Source of the DNA: Octopus bimaculoides
Lineage: Eukaryota
Reading direction: 5' to 3'
DNA: 64,000 nucleotides
Assembly (NCBI RefSeq): GCF_001194135.2
Contig: NC_068985.1
Location: forward strand, 7,010,181 to 7,074,180
Position 1 is the stretch's first letter. The number at the start of each line of letters is the position of its first letter. Under the pieces are notes generated by a model. That model was given only the letters and a program-made list of their open reading frames with translations, did not search any database and was not told the origin of the DNA. This document shows positions 26,023 through 39,600 of the stretch, piece after piece. The translations under genes and the position numbers were made by a program.

Positions 26023-28058
26023 ATAGTTTCAAATCACATCAGGAACGACATTAATTTACAGCGATATAGATATCATAAAGAAAATGGATAAAATGAATTC
26101 AACGCCACATTTCTGTCGTATGAAATAATTAATCTATCGTTTCATCCTCTCCATTGGAACGAAATTTGCCACCCAATAAAACCCTGGTAACCTTCTACGA
26201 AACCTCTTTCTAACAAAAATGAGGTTATCTCTTGAGTGATGAAACCTATCTACTGTTGGGAATCAGTGGAAAAATTAGTCATGATTTGAATAATTGAATT
26301 TTGTATACTTTTCGATATATTGTAGATGCTTTCCGAGGCATCCTAGCGTATATATTAATTAATGATTGAATAAGAATCAAATTCCCATATACCTAACAAT
26401 AGAAAATATACTTGCTTCCGCAAATATACACTCCTCTGTACTTCTTTATTCAAAGAACCACATAAAACTAAGGGTATTCCTAGGGTTAAATAAAAATAAA
26501 TTCTATATACAACCGAATATAGCAATCAGTATAAACTTGCAATAAAACTTGCAATGATGAAGCATAAAATATTGTTATCAAATATGATTTTATAGAGGAC
26601 TAGGAAAATAAATTGAATTCTAAAAAGTATTCCCTAGTTTAAAAAAATTGTATTGAAAACCCAATATTGATACGTGTTCCACCTACAGTATGTTTCGAAC
26701 TTGCCACCGTAACGATTGAATTTTAGGATTTTTTGAAAGCGATCTTGTTTTTTTTTTTTTCAAATAATGGATCAACAGTTTATTCGAACCTAAACTAGAT
26801 CAATCTCCAATACTATTAAAGTATTTCTCTGCTGTAGTTGTGTTATTTCAGCCTGAAAATGTTAATGCTATTTCAAATTTTATATTAACATTATTGTGAT
26901 TTACGTAAAGCTCTTTGCTTTTAGGAGGGTATATATCAGTATACCTTCAGCCTTTTATTTGCGATTATTCAAGGTTTTACAGCGCACACATGGATGAGCA
27001 TTTTACTGTTATTCTCTTCAAGTTCGTAGCAGCTCTTTAAGTGAAAAGAGTTGTTACTGCGTTGGGTGTAGTTCCCTCACGTCTTATTTGAGAGAAGGTT
27101 GAATTATATAGAGATATCAACTTCTCTACTTTATTTCAAAGTTGCCAGCGAATATATAAATATGGTCAGAGAGTAATATATTCTCTGTCTTTATTTAGAA
27201 TGTTTAAGAAATTGTTTGTATAAATTTTTTAATCACACTTCTTTACGCTTCTTGCTGAATGCCAATGAAAATCTTTTTAGTTGCTTATATAGCAAGGAAT
27301 TTACGAGTTCTAAAGATAAACATTCTACATCTGTATTAGTGTTGACACTTTTGCAAAGGAGAATTTGCAATGCATACACTTTATGATAACTTCTCTTTTC
27401 AATGAGAAGATTAATGCAGATCTTCTTATAATGTTATCTGAATATCTTTGTTGGAATGTTTGGATAAATAGAAAGCTTTTATTCTCTGTTCGCAAAAGTG
27501 TTCTCTTGTGTTCAATCATATTACGTGTATTTGTATGCACGACTATTGGAAAGAAAATAAGAAAATCTAATTACAGGAGAATATTTATCATTTACAAACA
27601 AGCAAACAATGATCTCACAGGAAGAAAATTAAAGAAACATTCTGCTGACAAGGCTACAATATTAATTTAATGAATGCACATGACATTGGACATTCGATAT
27701 AGAGATAAAGGTAGGTTTAATTTACAATAAATATTATTTTCTTCTTTTCATCCTACCCTTGGATAGAGATATGAGACATGAACATTGAGAAAAGAAATGT
27801 CAGTGCAAGCCCATGCCAAACTCACAAACCCTCCATTACTAAAATCCAGTAAAAAAAAAATGCACATTCAAACCTATACAGGTAATCTTCAAGTTTAGGG
27901 GGATAAAAAAATAAATAAAAATATTCAAGGGAAATAACTGAACGGCTTTCCAGTATTATCCGTTTTCTTCTAGCTGTTTATAAATATATCAGACCCTAAC
28001 CCTAACGTCAATCAAATCACTATTTTCCCCACCTTGTTTCGCATTTATGTACTTACTC

Positions 28059-28091
<33 letters not shown>

Positions 28092-28402
28092 CGTGTTATC
28101 CTACTAAATGCACTTGAGGAAGTATTTTGACATATTATTTAGTGTGTGGATGCGGCAGTGGCTGGACTACTGATTATTAATTAATTGTAGACAAATCAAA
28201 GAACATTTTGGGGACTTACTCGAAGTATAGAAGAGGCGCCTGTCGTCAAAACACAATTATTTTGTTTTGAAATAGAATGTGGCTCAACAAATAACCATGA
28301 TGTCTTCTACGCGTAAGAACTACATTCACACAATCATGTCGTCTGATGCTGCCATTCAACAAAAGGTTAGATTTTGTCTTACATGCATTCATATAATAAA
28401 CG

Positions 28403-28454
<52 letters not shown>

Positions 28455-29221
28455 CTTTGCAGCTAAATCGTGCAGAGAGAAATGTTACAGGAATCGTATT
28501 TTATTTTTGTACCCGTTTGTCTGTACGTGCATCAAGCTAGATAGTACGTTTTAAGAGACTTGGAAAATACGAATGAATGAAAGTTTCAGTGGCGTTAATC
28601 CATTTATATAAGCAAGTTAATTAAAATGAGTTATATCAAATGGTAGTCATTGACGAAATATGATAGAAGGCAAGAAAACAACAATAATGCCATTTCTATG
28701 TTAGGAAAAATATATTTGATAGATCGCCTTTTTCTAAATAGTAAAATGTGAAAGGTTTTGTTTTTCCTATAAAATACCATTGATATCTGTATATATCGTA
28801 TATTTATAGGATTCTATAGGTTTTCATTTTCTAAAACAATACCAAATCTTATAGGAGACAAGCATAGCATTTTATTTTCATTGGATCAGATTCAATTTAC
28901 TACATATATGTATTTTACGAAAAATCTCAGTTAACATTGAAATCATTATGATAGCTGCACAAAACTAAATATTAGTTTGTAAACCCAATTTCAATTTTTA
29001 CCTCTAGATCAAAGAATTTATCATTCCAAATTTTGAATGGCTTCAAACATTGATGTGTTTGCCCATGTGAGTGTAATGAAATTACTTCTTTTCAAAAGAT
29101 ATGCAAGAAATATAAGGTACAGCGTTGTGCAAGATGAGTAAAACGAAAAAAAATTAATATAATAGCGTAACAATTTATTTACATTTCAATTAGCTCGGCT
29201 GAAATATTGATTTCTAAAAGA

Positions 29222-29395
29222 ATTACAACGCCTCAGATTTTTGGGAGAGTTTTAGCCGGCAATATCGACCCTAGTATCTGTTCTGTGCGCAGTTAATTTA
29301 TTACGGAAAGAAACTCGATCCTGTAGGTATTTTAGTTCAGTACGTATATCCGTGAACGAAAACCTGAAACTCTTAATGTCACTGCGAATCCACAC
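29222..29395 (-). mobile_element. Strongly diverged SINE family B
   Basis: acaacgcctcagatttttggg...atatcgaccctagta...actcgatcctgtaggtattttagttcagtacgta. Confidence 0.45.
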
Positions 29396-29450
29396 GTTTA
29401 GAGAATTATAGTAGCTTTGATAACACAAAGATTTGCCATTTGAAGTAAAT

Positions 29451-30010
29451 GGATCTTTTTTAAAACGGGGGCCACATTTTTCGTTAATGTTTTACGTAGT
29501 GTTTTTGGTACCGAAACACTTTCAAACTTCGTATGCTTATCTATTTTGTGTTATAGAACAGAAAAATATTTTTGTATTCGAATTTATTTCATGTAAAAAA
29601 ATTGTCTTATTTCGATAATTTCAACCAATCACTGACACGTATTCAGTTGTTTACATTTACTCCTTTAGCTGATTAAGCGGTGTAAAGCCTATTTAATTTC
29701 TATAGCTTCGTTTTGCTTTTTTCTTTTTAAATTTGCTGTTTTACCCTAACCCTAACCCTATCACCGATAGAATTGTTTCAGAATCGTTTGTTTATGTAGT
29801 CGGCACTTAATGTATATCGGCTGAATGGACGTCAGTGATTGGTTGAAATTACAGAAATACAACAACTTTAACATGGAATAACTTAGTCTTCTTTTAAAAA
29901 AAAGAAATCCCTAAGAGAAAAAGATGTTTTATATGACACATTCTACCAGTGTTCCAAGTTTCAAAGCGTTTCGTTAATGAAAAATGTGGCCCCCGTTTTA
30001 AAAAAGATCC
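29451..30010. mobile_element. 560-bp MITE with long TIRs and a 5-bp TSD
   Basis: ggatcttttttaaaacgggggccacatttttc (29451-29482) is the exact reverse complement of 29979-30010; taaat lies on both sides (29446-29450, 30011-30015). Confidence 0.92.
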
Positions 30011-30580
30011 TAAATTTCTTTTTATCAGTTAACATCAAGTTAGGCAGCGTGCCTTCAGCAATCTGACACAGAATGAGACAACTTCTCTCAAATCTTATGG
30101 CCTTATGAACTCGTGTGATCTCATGACGGTGAGTAATCTTGTAGGGGTGGGTCCTGAGATCTTCATTCAGCGCTCGATACATCGATGTCCGGCTTATTTT
30201 TACTCTGACAGCCAGTTTTCTGATGGAACGACGAGGATTTCGCTGGATATTTTCTCTGGTACTTTTGATAAGCTGAGGTGTCCGCACAATTCTTTCTCGT
30301 CCACGTTCAAGTCGATCAGCGGTGGAACCAGTCTCATGAATGTTTTGACAGTTTCCAGATTGTTGTCATAACTATATTAATTTCGACTCCTTTGTGGAGC
30401 GTTATGATTGTATTTCAGTCTATAGTCATTATCTAATTTATAAATCTGAATTTATTCAGTCTGAAACAAAAAGGAGACACATTAAGCTGTTATAATCATG
30501 TATAATTTTCGCATCTTATCACATTCATTGGTAGCTGTTAACGCCCGAAACTTCGGTTGCCTTAATTTCGTGACACCCTG
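30011..30580 (-). mobile_element. 5' part of a Tc1/mariner (maT/DD37D-like) transposon
   Basis: Terminus TA-CAGGGTGTCACGAAA (30582 downward). ORF RTPQLIKSTRENIQRNPRRSIRKLAVRVKISRTSMYRALNEDLRTHPYKI...PNLMLTDKKKF covers the HTH and the first-Asp region, then is cut by the MITE. Confidence 0.85.
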
Positions 30581-30664
30581 TATATAGATATATAGATAGA
30601 TAAATACATACATATGTGCTTAAGCGATTCATGCAGCACGCCATAATAATAATGAGGATCTTTT

Positions 30665-30860
30665 CAAAGTTTGGCAGAAAGCCATCAATTTCTGGAATAA
30701 ATCGCTTACATCGACCCCAATGCTCAAGTGGTACTTATTTTATGAACACCGAAAAGATGAAAGGCAAAATCAACCTCGGCGAAATTTAAAACAGAACGTG
30801 AAAACGTACGACATGTCGCTCAGCATTTTGGCCGGCGTGCTAACGATCCTCCCAGCTCAA
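30665..30860 (-). mobile_element. SINE family B
   Basis: acatcgaccccaatgctcaagtggtac...aaaggcaaaatcaacctcggcgaaattt...ggcgtgctaacgat. Confidence 0.75.
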
Positions 30861-31517
30861 TAATAACTATTATTATCCGCAATTTTAGAGCTGAAACACT
30901 TTAAAGATTTTTAAAGATAAATGATAACATCCTTGTTCATTCGCCGGTTATACTTTTGTCAGTTTGAGAAGTGGTGTAAAATTGCATGAGAGAGAGAGAG
31001 AGGTGAGAAGTGAGGAAGAAGTATAGAAAGATGTATAATAAGGCTAAATGCGTCGTATAGTTAGTTGAAGGGAGTGACGAAGAGGGAGAGAGAAGCGTTA
31101 ACGACGTGCTGTAGCGGGGGTAGCGAAAGGTAAAGAGAAAGATATATGTTTAGGATGCAATATTTAGCAGGTGATGTTCTGGTGGTGAGGTTAAAGGAAG
31201 TCATTTAAAAAAAGATGAGCAGGCGAGGCAGTTACATTGGCAGAGAGACATTTAATGGAAGTGAGAGGTGACGAGAAAGACAGAAATATCAAAGATATGA
31301 AGACGTGAATTGCATGGTTAAAAGTTTGTTAAAGTGGTAGAGAGAAATATAAAGTGCTTAGCGGAGAGAAATTTTTAATTCATATATTATTGTGACTAGA
31401 AATGAAATACTTAGGAAAATAAGAATAAAAGTGCAAATAAGCCTTTCTTTCTTAAATAGCTTCTCTTAATCCTTTTCGTTCTGTCGGATTTCCATGAGTT
31501 CTAATAAAAATAATTAT

Positions 31518-31733
31518 TTCTACTCTAGGCACAAGGCCTTGAATATTTTGGGAGAAGGTTACTAGTCGATTATATCGACCCCAATGCGTAACTGGTACCT
31601 ATTTCATCGATCCCGAAAGGAGGAAAGGCAAAGTCGACCTCGGCGGAATTTGAACTCAGAACGTAATGGCAGACGAAATACCGCTAAGCATTTCACCCGG
31701 CGTGCTGACGATCCTGCCGGTTCGCTGCCTTAA
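31518..31733 (-). mobile_element. SINE family B, near full length
   Basis: tactctaggcacaaggcc...gtcgacctcggcggaatttgaactcagaacgta...cgctgcctta. Confidence 0.9.
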
Positions 31734-31737
31734 CAAT

Positions 31738-32291
31738 GATACCAGGCAGTGGCTCACATAGCTTCTAATCTTAAATAATTGGAAGTGTACATTGTTTTTT
31801 CTTGGTATAAAAGATAGGCTACAGGAAATATTCTGATCAATATCACAGTTTTGCTTGTCAGTTGTTTGACCTTAACCAGTTGAGCATGTCCCTTAGTGGC
31901 TGACTATACGTGCATCTCTGATCATGAGCAGAAGTAGTGGAGGACCATCATAGCCATGTGTTGAAAGGAACTCTTTGCAATTTGGATAATTCACATTTGG
32001 AAACTTGGGTGTTTTGTTCTACATCCTTAAACAACCCTTATTCAGGGTCCTTCTAAACGGGATGTGGTAATCGGCCTGAAGACAATCCTAACTGGACCCC
32101 ACCTGCAAGTTCATGCGTGTATCTTGATATGAGATAACCATGTCATGCACTTAGGGTTGTGATATATGTGCCTTGTGTACCCTTATCAGACCGGTAGTGA
32201 AGATGAGTATACTAGGCTTCGTATAATTTACTCCATTGTCACTTTGATGGCATGTACTACTCTCTCACTCAATAATAATAATAATAATAAT
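31738..32291 (+). mobile_element. Retroposon family F with (AAT)n tail
   Basis: 3' 250 bp homologous to 18045-18296; ends ctctcactc(aat)n. Confidence 0.75.
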
Positions 32292-32447
32292 GAACTTGCA
32301 GAAAGCAGCACTGCTTGGAACCGCTGGAATACTCCGGAAGGTGCTCGAAAAATAAGAGGTGTTACTTTAGTTCACTGGCATTGAACAGCTAACGCCGTAG
32401 TACATCCCTAGCGTTAGAAGCAGTGTAAAGGCAATGATAATAATAAA
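32292..32447 (+). mobile_element. Dong/R4-type LINE extreme 3' end
   Basis: LQKAALLGTAGILRKVLEK* (32296-32355), the typical C-terminus of R4/Dong RLE LINEs; short 3' UTR; aatgataataataa tail. Confidence 0.8.
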
Positions 32448-33004
32448 TGGGGATTTGGAGCTGGAAACACATGGTACAATCGTCGAGTCGGAAACCTGTA
32501 AGATCGCAGTTTATTATTTAAGCTTACATTGATTCCTCTGTGGTGGTGTTGTGCATTTATAATAAAATATATACACACAAATTTAAAAAATAATTGAAAA
32601 TAACACACACTACAGTACTGTTTCTACTTCGGATTTTTACCTATCGCGGGCTTTTTTTTTCTTTTTTGTAACGTAACACACGCGATTGTCGAGGGATTAT
32701 TGTAATTAATAACCTGCGTTGATATCCAATTAATGGTGAATTGGATTATGTATAAATTCTAAGCTGTTGAATGTAGAATTCTATCAACTGAGACAGGCTT
32801 GCATAGAAATGCAGAAATTCATACATTCACGTATGTATCTATATAGTTGAATAATTTATACGTATATATATGTGTATATAGTTGAGAACAGAGGCAGAGA
32901 ACAGAAATAAAGGAAGAAAAAATGGGTAAGAATACCTTGAAAAAGGCAAAGCATATTATGAAGAAGGGATTAGGATTAATAATTCTATTATGGATTGAAT
33001 GCCT

Positions 33005-33185
33005 GAAATTTGGGGAAGGGAGATAGTCGGTTACATGGGCCACAATATGAAACTGGTACTTATTTCATCGACTCCGAAATGATGAAAGGTAAAGTCGACC
33101 TCTGTGCAACTTGCTTGGAACGTAATATCGGAGAAAATACCGCTAAGCATTTTGTCCGGTATGCTAAAAACGCTGCTGGCTCCCT
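33005..33185 (-). mobile_element. SINE family B
   Basis: gaaactggtacttatttcatcgactccgaaatgatgaaaggtaaagtcgacctc...aaataccgctaagcatttt. Confidence 0.75.
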
Positions 33186-33410
33186 GTTTTAAGGGACAAT
33201 GATTAATAAACGGAAACGATGTAATACATACAAGTAAGAGCACATACATAAATATCAAAATAGTTTGAATGGGTTCAAATCATTATGTAGATTTTCTCAA
33301 CCAATGTTATTTTTCGGATACATCAGGCTTTGCTTTGAAAGGTAAGGCCACGAATGACTGGAAAAAAAGATTTAGTTTAGAAGGCGTTCCTTTAAATCTG
33401 ACCAGAGTGT

Positions 33411-33578
33411 TGGAGTGGCTGTGTGGTAAGTAGCTTGCTTACCATCCACATGGTTCTGGGTTCAGTCCCACTCCATGGCACCTTGGGCAAGTGTCTTCTA
33501 CTCTAGCCTCATACTGACGAAAGCCTTGTGAGTGGATTTGGTAGATAGAAACTGAAAGAAGCCCATCGTATATATGTG

Positions 33579-33623
<45 letters not shown>

Positions 33624-33745
33624 GTTTGTGTGTCTGTTTGACCCCCCCCCCAATATCGCTTGACAACCGATGGTGGTTTGTTTACGTCCCCGTAACTTAG
33701 CGATTCTGCAAAAGAGGCCGATAGAATAAATACTAGGCTTACAAA
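33411..33745 (+). mobile_element. SINE family A, well preserved
   Basis: tggagtggctgtgtggtaagtagcttgcttacc...gaaactgaaagaagcccatcgta (AT)n ...actaggcttacaaag. Confidence 0.9.
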
Positions 33746-35807
33746 GTAGTATCGTTTAAATATCTATGAGTCATTCTGGCACATTGCAGAGGTTATAGCT
33801 TGTTGATTAGAAGGTAATATTAAAGGATAAAAATATGCCAACGGTGTTTCACAGCGAAAGATATAGTATAAAAATACAAAGCTTGAAGTTACATATAGCA
33901 GCATTTTAATGAAGTATGTACATTATTCCAAATGTTTTATTCATTTATCAATTCTGTTTAACGTAAATATCTCAATTTATAACGAGATTTAACACTTTAG
34001 CTTTTAATGTCTGAAAATCTGTTCTCATACTGATGTTGTCCTAATTGAAGTTTCTTGGAAACAAAGGTGTGTATCATTGTGTGTATTAGATGTGTGTACA
34101 TATACGACTTCATTTAAGCTTGCACATTACGAGATGTACAGATATTGATTCAGGGCGACATTCGACCCCGTTCATTTACTTCATGCGTCATTCTGGGATA
34201 GTTTCGAATACGCATGCAAATTTTGTTAATGATTCATTATGAAATTACAGTGTTGCTGCTAGACATACAAACATTCCCACTTAGAGATATAAACTTAACT
34301 GTGAAAGAATTATGGCGTGAGTTTTGAAAAATGAATGTGCGTGTGTTTGTGTACGAGAGAAAGAGAAGGGAATTTTAATATCTAGAGGCCATACATCGAC
34401 GTCTAAGTTAATAGGCAGGTTCATAGAGCATAATAATTGAGCAATCTATCAATAATATATGAAGCGTTACTGGGAAAGTATGTGGTTGTATGTGTGTGGA
34501 GTTTGTAGAAAGAGGGAGCCGAAGAAATTGAAAGAGAATTTTAAAAGAATGAAGATGCAAGAAAACAATACTTGACACAATGAACCAACGTTTCTGAATC
34601 TTACACTGACATTTATATCTCATTACAACATTTAATCCCTATATCTATCTTTTATTGATTTCTTTCTCTCCAGGGCATCATTGAATCCCTAATGGTTTTC
34701 TCCAGGCATTATTCCAGGTTACTTTCCGATCTCCCTGCGATGTGTGATAAAATCCCATTATGCTTTGCAGAGGTGGTTTCAAGACAGCTAAACATCGCTC
34801 TTTATAGTCACAGTTGCGAATATGCATGGCGTATGTATGTGAATTTGTGTTTGAGATACGGAAGTGTAGTTTTCTGTTATGTTCTATACTTATCCCCTAT
34901 AGAATATTATATCTAATGTGTTACAATATTAAATTGAAGACATTATAACGACATCAAATTACAAATATAGGTTGTTTTAGACGCATACACACACTTCGTA
35001 TAAACGACTTCACATTCTTGCATGTAAATCAACGTGATTAGGTGTTGAAAGAAAGGAAACAAACAAACAATGCGTTGATTAATTATTCAGCTCCTTAACA
35101 ACTAGCTAACTTTGAATATAAACCTCTAGTCTCTCTCGCCACTTTCATGTGATAAACTCGTTGATTGGGTGGAAAGTGTATCGCTCGAAGAAATAGATAT
35201 AAAGAGGGCAACAACAATTCTTAATTATTATACATCACTTCAATGTTAATAAGTTGCACTCTGGTTTCTTAGAAGATTTCCATTTAGATTCTTCATCTAT
35301 ATATTATTCATACATAACTAAAATGGAAATATTAATGAGACCACATACAGTATTGGTGTTGCTGCTAATGTCAGCTACATTTTCTCTCAACTATGTTAGG
35401 TCATTGTGGAGATTAAAGAAATTATATACGCAATCGAATGATTTGGAAATTTGTGATAAAACAGATATTGCTTGAAATCTCCTACGAATTATAAATATAT
35501 GTCATTTGAAACGCATACACACATATTCATGAACTTGCTATTATTTGTCTACACATGTGTATGCGTAAATATATATAGAGACAGACAGATAGATAGACCC
35601 AATGAGTGGGAAGTCACTGTTCTAAGCGTGTAATAGATGAATACTGGATTAGTGGGGGGGGGGGAATAGGTTAGATTTTTAACATCGAAACTCTTAATTG
35701 TTATAAAAATGATTCCAATTAAGAAGAGTTAGTTTACTCATTGCTCCATCTAATAATAAAGGGAGACAAGCAATGCGAATGCCAATATTATTTATATCAT
35801 TTACGTA

Positions 35808-36125
35808 CAGGCGTGTGACCAAGAGGTTAGGGTAGTCGGTTCATGATCGTAAGGTCGTGCGTTCGCTTCCCGGCAGTGTTTCGTGCATGATCGAGACATT
35901 TTATTTCACGTTGCTCCCGTTCACTCAGCTAGCAAAACTGAGTTGTGCCTGTAATTGAAAAGAACAGCCATGTCACATTGTGTGCCCCGCTGAATCTCCC
36001 TGATAACTACGTTAAACGTACGCGTGTTTGTGGAGTACTCAGCCACTTGCAGGTTAATTTCATAAGTAGGTTGTTCCGTTGATCGGATCAAGTAGAACCC
36101 CCGTTGTCGCAACCGACGGAATACC
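35808..36125 (+). mobile_element. tRNA-derived SINE family E (CORE-like central block)
   Basis: Head caggcgtgtgaccaagaggttag...gcgttcgcttcccgg; gacattttatttcacgttgctcc..cactcagct; tail gatcggatcaagtagaaccc...aaccgacgga. Second copy at 62398. Confidence 0.75.
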
Positions 36126-38080
36126 ACTTATATCATTCATATTAAAATGTAGCAAACGTTAGGGAAAAAAAAGTCAGATTTAAACATCATTTACAGCTGC
36201 TTCAATAATCCGGGGATTTATCGTAATAAAACATTGCATGACGTTAATACTTCGGATAAATCAAATATGCAGCGATTATAAATATTGCGACCAATCTGGA
36301 AACGTTGAAATGACTTTTTTCTTCAAAATGCGAAATTTATTAGTAGTCTTTTACTTGAATGCAAACACAGATCCAAAAATGGGCGAAATTAGCGATAAGG
36401 TAAAAAGTGCTCCACGCACATGCATTTGATAATTAACGAGAATGTATTGTTGCTTATCCTTAGGGATTGATGTTTGAAGAAAGGGCTCATTAAAAAAGGG
36501 AGCTGTGAATAACCTGTGCGTTTGAAGACATAAGTTTGTTACGTTTCCTCTACAGATGTTATATAGGATTTAGAGCCAGCTCACAAAATTACGTTTCCTA
36601 TACGGATACATCGATGTTACCGATACGATCGGAGATAGGTAATGTGTGTATATACATATTTCAGGACTTATTCCTTCTTTGTCAGCACCACATCTTACTC
36701 ATTAGCTATCCACGAACACGTTGCTTAAATTACCACTAACTGTAACAATATTGGATAGACCTATTTACCTATATGATTAACGCTCACGCTTCCAAATAGA
36801 GGTATTTTTTGAATTAGTATTTTTGAAATTTGGCATACCTTACATAGACTTTCGTCTGATTTTTTATTTATTTTTTTTAACGAAGGCCCTTAACGCTTGT
36901 ACATATAAATACGCCCTTTTTTTTTCATAAATTCACTAGTGTATATAGGTCGAAACAAACTGTTGGCTTTATATGTATTTTTTTCAATTTGTTATGATAT
37001 TATTTTTTTATATTATAATGTATATAAATTGTTTGTCAATTGAATTTCTCTATTTCATTTGATATTTATATATTGTAATTATACCATTTTATTTGTGGTA
37101 TGCAACTGTTGTATCAGTGAATTGGATGTTGTACATCTTTTGAATGAATTGTTTTTTTTTTTCCTTCGTTTGATTCATAATGATAACCAATTTAGACATT
37201 AGATACATTCCTAGCAATTGTTAAGTACATCTAAATTGCTAGTAAAAATACTGTATTTCGTTTTGAAACAATAATATGCTACCAAGTTTATTATGGTAAC
37301 AACTTTCACCCCTGGATCTTAATCCTATAGAAAATATATAGAGAAAACTTAAAAAGTTATTAAATCGCACCGCTAACACAGTATCGAACTTTAATAGACT
37401 TGGTAGTGCATTACGAATGCGAAAAGAAACACGGAATACCTATTAGCAATTAATGAATTATTATAAGCATGTAATAGGCGTACACCGGATTAACGCTCGG
37501 CTTAGAATAAATTCTGAAACTCCAAACGCCAACCAAAGGTATAAATGATTCCACAGAACAGGAGTTCGCTATTAGAAATGCTCTAATGTAAAATAGACTC
37601 TGGTTCTGACATTACATACGATACAGCTACGGGTATTTGCCTTTAGCAGTTGAAATATGTGATAAACATATTTCAACTAACCTAAATCGTGATTATACGT
37701 AAACACTGCTTTGTTCTATTACATCGTTATTTATCTCGATCGAGCGATCTTGTGCAAATCAGACAACGTGTTGACTGAGTTATATATAAAGCGAACAAGC
37801 ATTATTTAGTTCGTTCAGAGTTGGCTCTCTTAGGTATATCTCTCATAGGTATATCTCGTCGACAAGAGTCAATAAACTCGAAGCATCGAATTCAGAGATT
37901 CCCGAGAGATGACTTCACTGAACGGACTGGGTGTTTTCATTCCTTTTTATCATAAAAGAGATCTTTTCTCCACGGTGACTGCAGCGTATTTGCCTTTAGA
38001 AGCTCAAATGTGTGACAAACCTATTTCAACTAACCTAGATTGTGATTATATTTAGACACTGATTTGCGCCATTACTTCGT

Positions 38081-38165
<85 letters not shown>

Positions 38166-39299
38166 ATGTATATATAGTTGTATTTCAGGACGGTCATTTT
38201 TTGCCAAATAAACACACGCACTATATATTTTTTCTTCACTCGTTTATTATTGTTATTTTATTATTTTCATTCATGTCTATTGTTCGGAAATCTTTCGTCA
38301 CACATCAATGACCTCTTCAGAGCGACACTTTTCGTTTTCGCATGTGTTTTTGCTTCACTTCATTCCGTTCTTTTAAGGTATGTCTCTTTATGTGCGCATG
38401 TGTTTGTGTCCTTGTTTGTGTGTGTCGTAATGTTTAGCAGCAGTGTGGCCTCCTCCTCTCACCCCATTGTGCCGCTACTGTCTTAAGACTCGAAAAATAT
38501 GGTACAGCTCCTGTATTCTGTGTATGTGTGTTCGACCACGGTGTTGCCATTGTGGTAGTAATTGTTGTTATAGCCATTGCTGTCGCCTCCGCTGCTGCTG
38601 CGTTATTTATCACGTTGTTGACATTGTTGTGGCCGTCCGTGAAATTTCTTGTGTTTGTGTGTGTGTATGGGTTCGATTCGTATATTGTAGATATCGAGGT
38701 TCTTGATATAGATATATTTATCTTATCTATCTTTATATCTTATATTTATCCGAGGTATGTGACAAATATATTCATATATTTGTTTATTTATCTATTTATC
38801 TATTTATTTATCTGTTTTTATACATCTATCTTTAGTTCTCATTGGTATCACAGGTAAGTACATATGTCTATTTTGTGTGTATTACCCAGTATGTTTCTGT
38901 GTATCATTTACGACATTTGTTGTTCTTTTTTTGTTTTGCTTTGTTTTTCCTCACGCTTCTCATCCATTCTGTCTTTAGTCGTGTGGTGCGGTGTGGCGGT
39001 GGGTGTTACTGTTCCATTCCTGTTTTCTATTGAGGCTCGGTATGTTTACTGTCATGTGTGTGGCCTCCGTCATCTAATTGCCGTGCCAGTCATAGGGGAT
39101 AATACCTTAACCTCTATGCTTTTAATCGAGCCACATATATATATGGATGTAGCAATAGTAAACTTGTTCTAAGTAAATTATTTCATGTATACACTTTTCT
39201 TTTTGTGTTAACGTAGTAGCTATGTCGGTGTCTCAAACGTCTAAATTTTCCATTTGTGGCCTGGAACGAATGGAAAATCAAGTCTTTTTTATCAGTGAT

Positions 39300-39600
39300 G
39301 TAGGCATTCTGTCACAAATAATAGACAGACAGACATGCAGGCAGCTACATGGATGGATGGACTGATAGACACACATATAGATGGATAGATGGACTGATAG
39401 ACACACATATAGATGGATAGATGGACAGATAGACAGACACAGACACATAAATGGATGGATGAAAGGATAGGCAGACCGGCAGTCACATAGATGGATGGAT
39501 GAAAGGATAGACAGACCGGCAGACACATAGATGGATGGATGGACGGATACACAGGCAGATAGATAGATAGATATAGTTAGACAGGTACAGGGAGACAGGT
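39300..39600. repeat. Minisatellite built from GATG/GATA/GACA units (32-bp and 40-bp higher-order units)
   Basis: gatggactgatagacacacatatagatggata x2; cacat(a/g)gatggatggatgaaaggata(g)cagaccggcag about x2.5. Confidence 0.85.

Noticed and set aside
26300-27400. Faint L1-type RT similarity on the minus strand
   Set aside because: Too degraded; no intact motif such as YADD to anchor the call.
38300-38860. Three donor-like sites (aag/gtatgt, gag/gtatgt, cag/gtaagt) and a hydrophobic ORF at 38528-38857
   Set aside because: The hydrophobicity comes from low-complexity GTT/GCT/TATC repeats; no recognisable domain or consistent exon chain.
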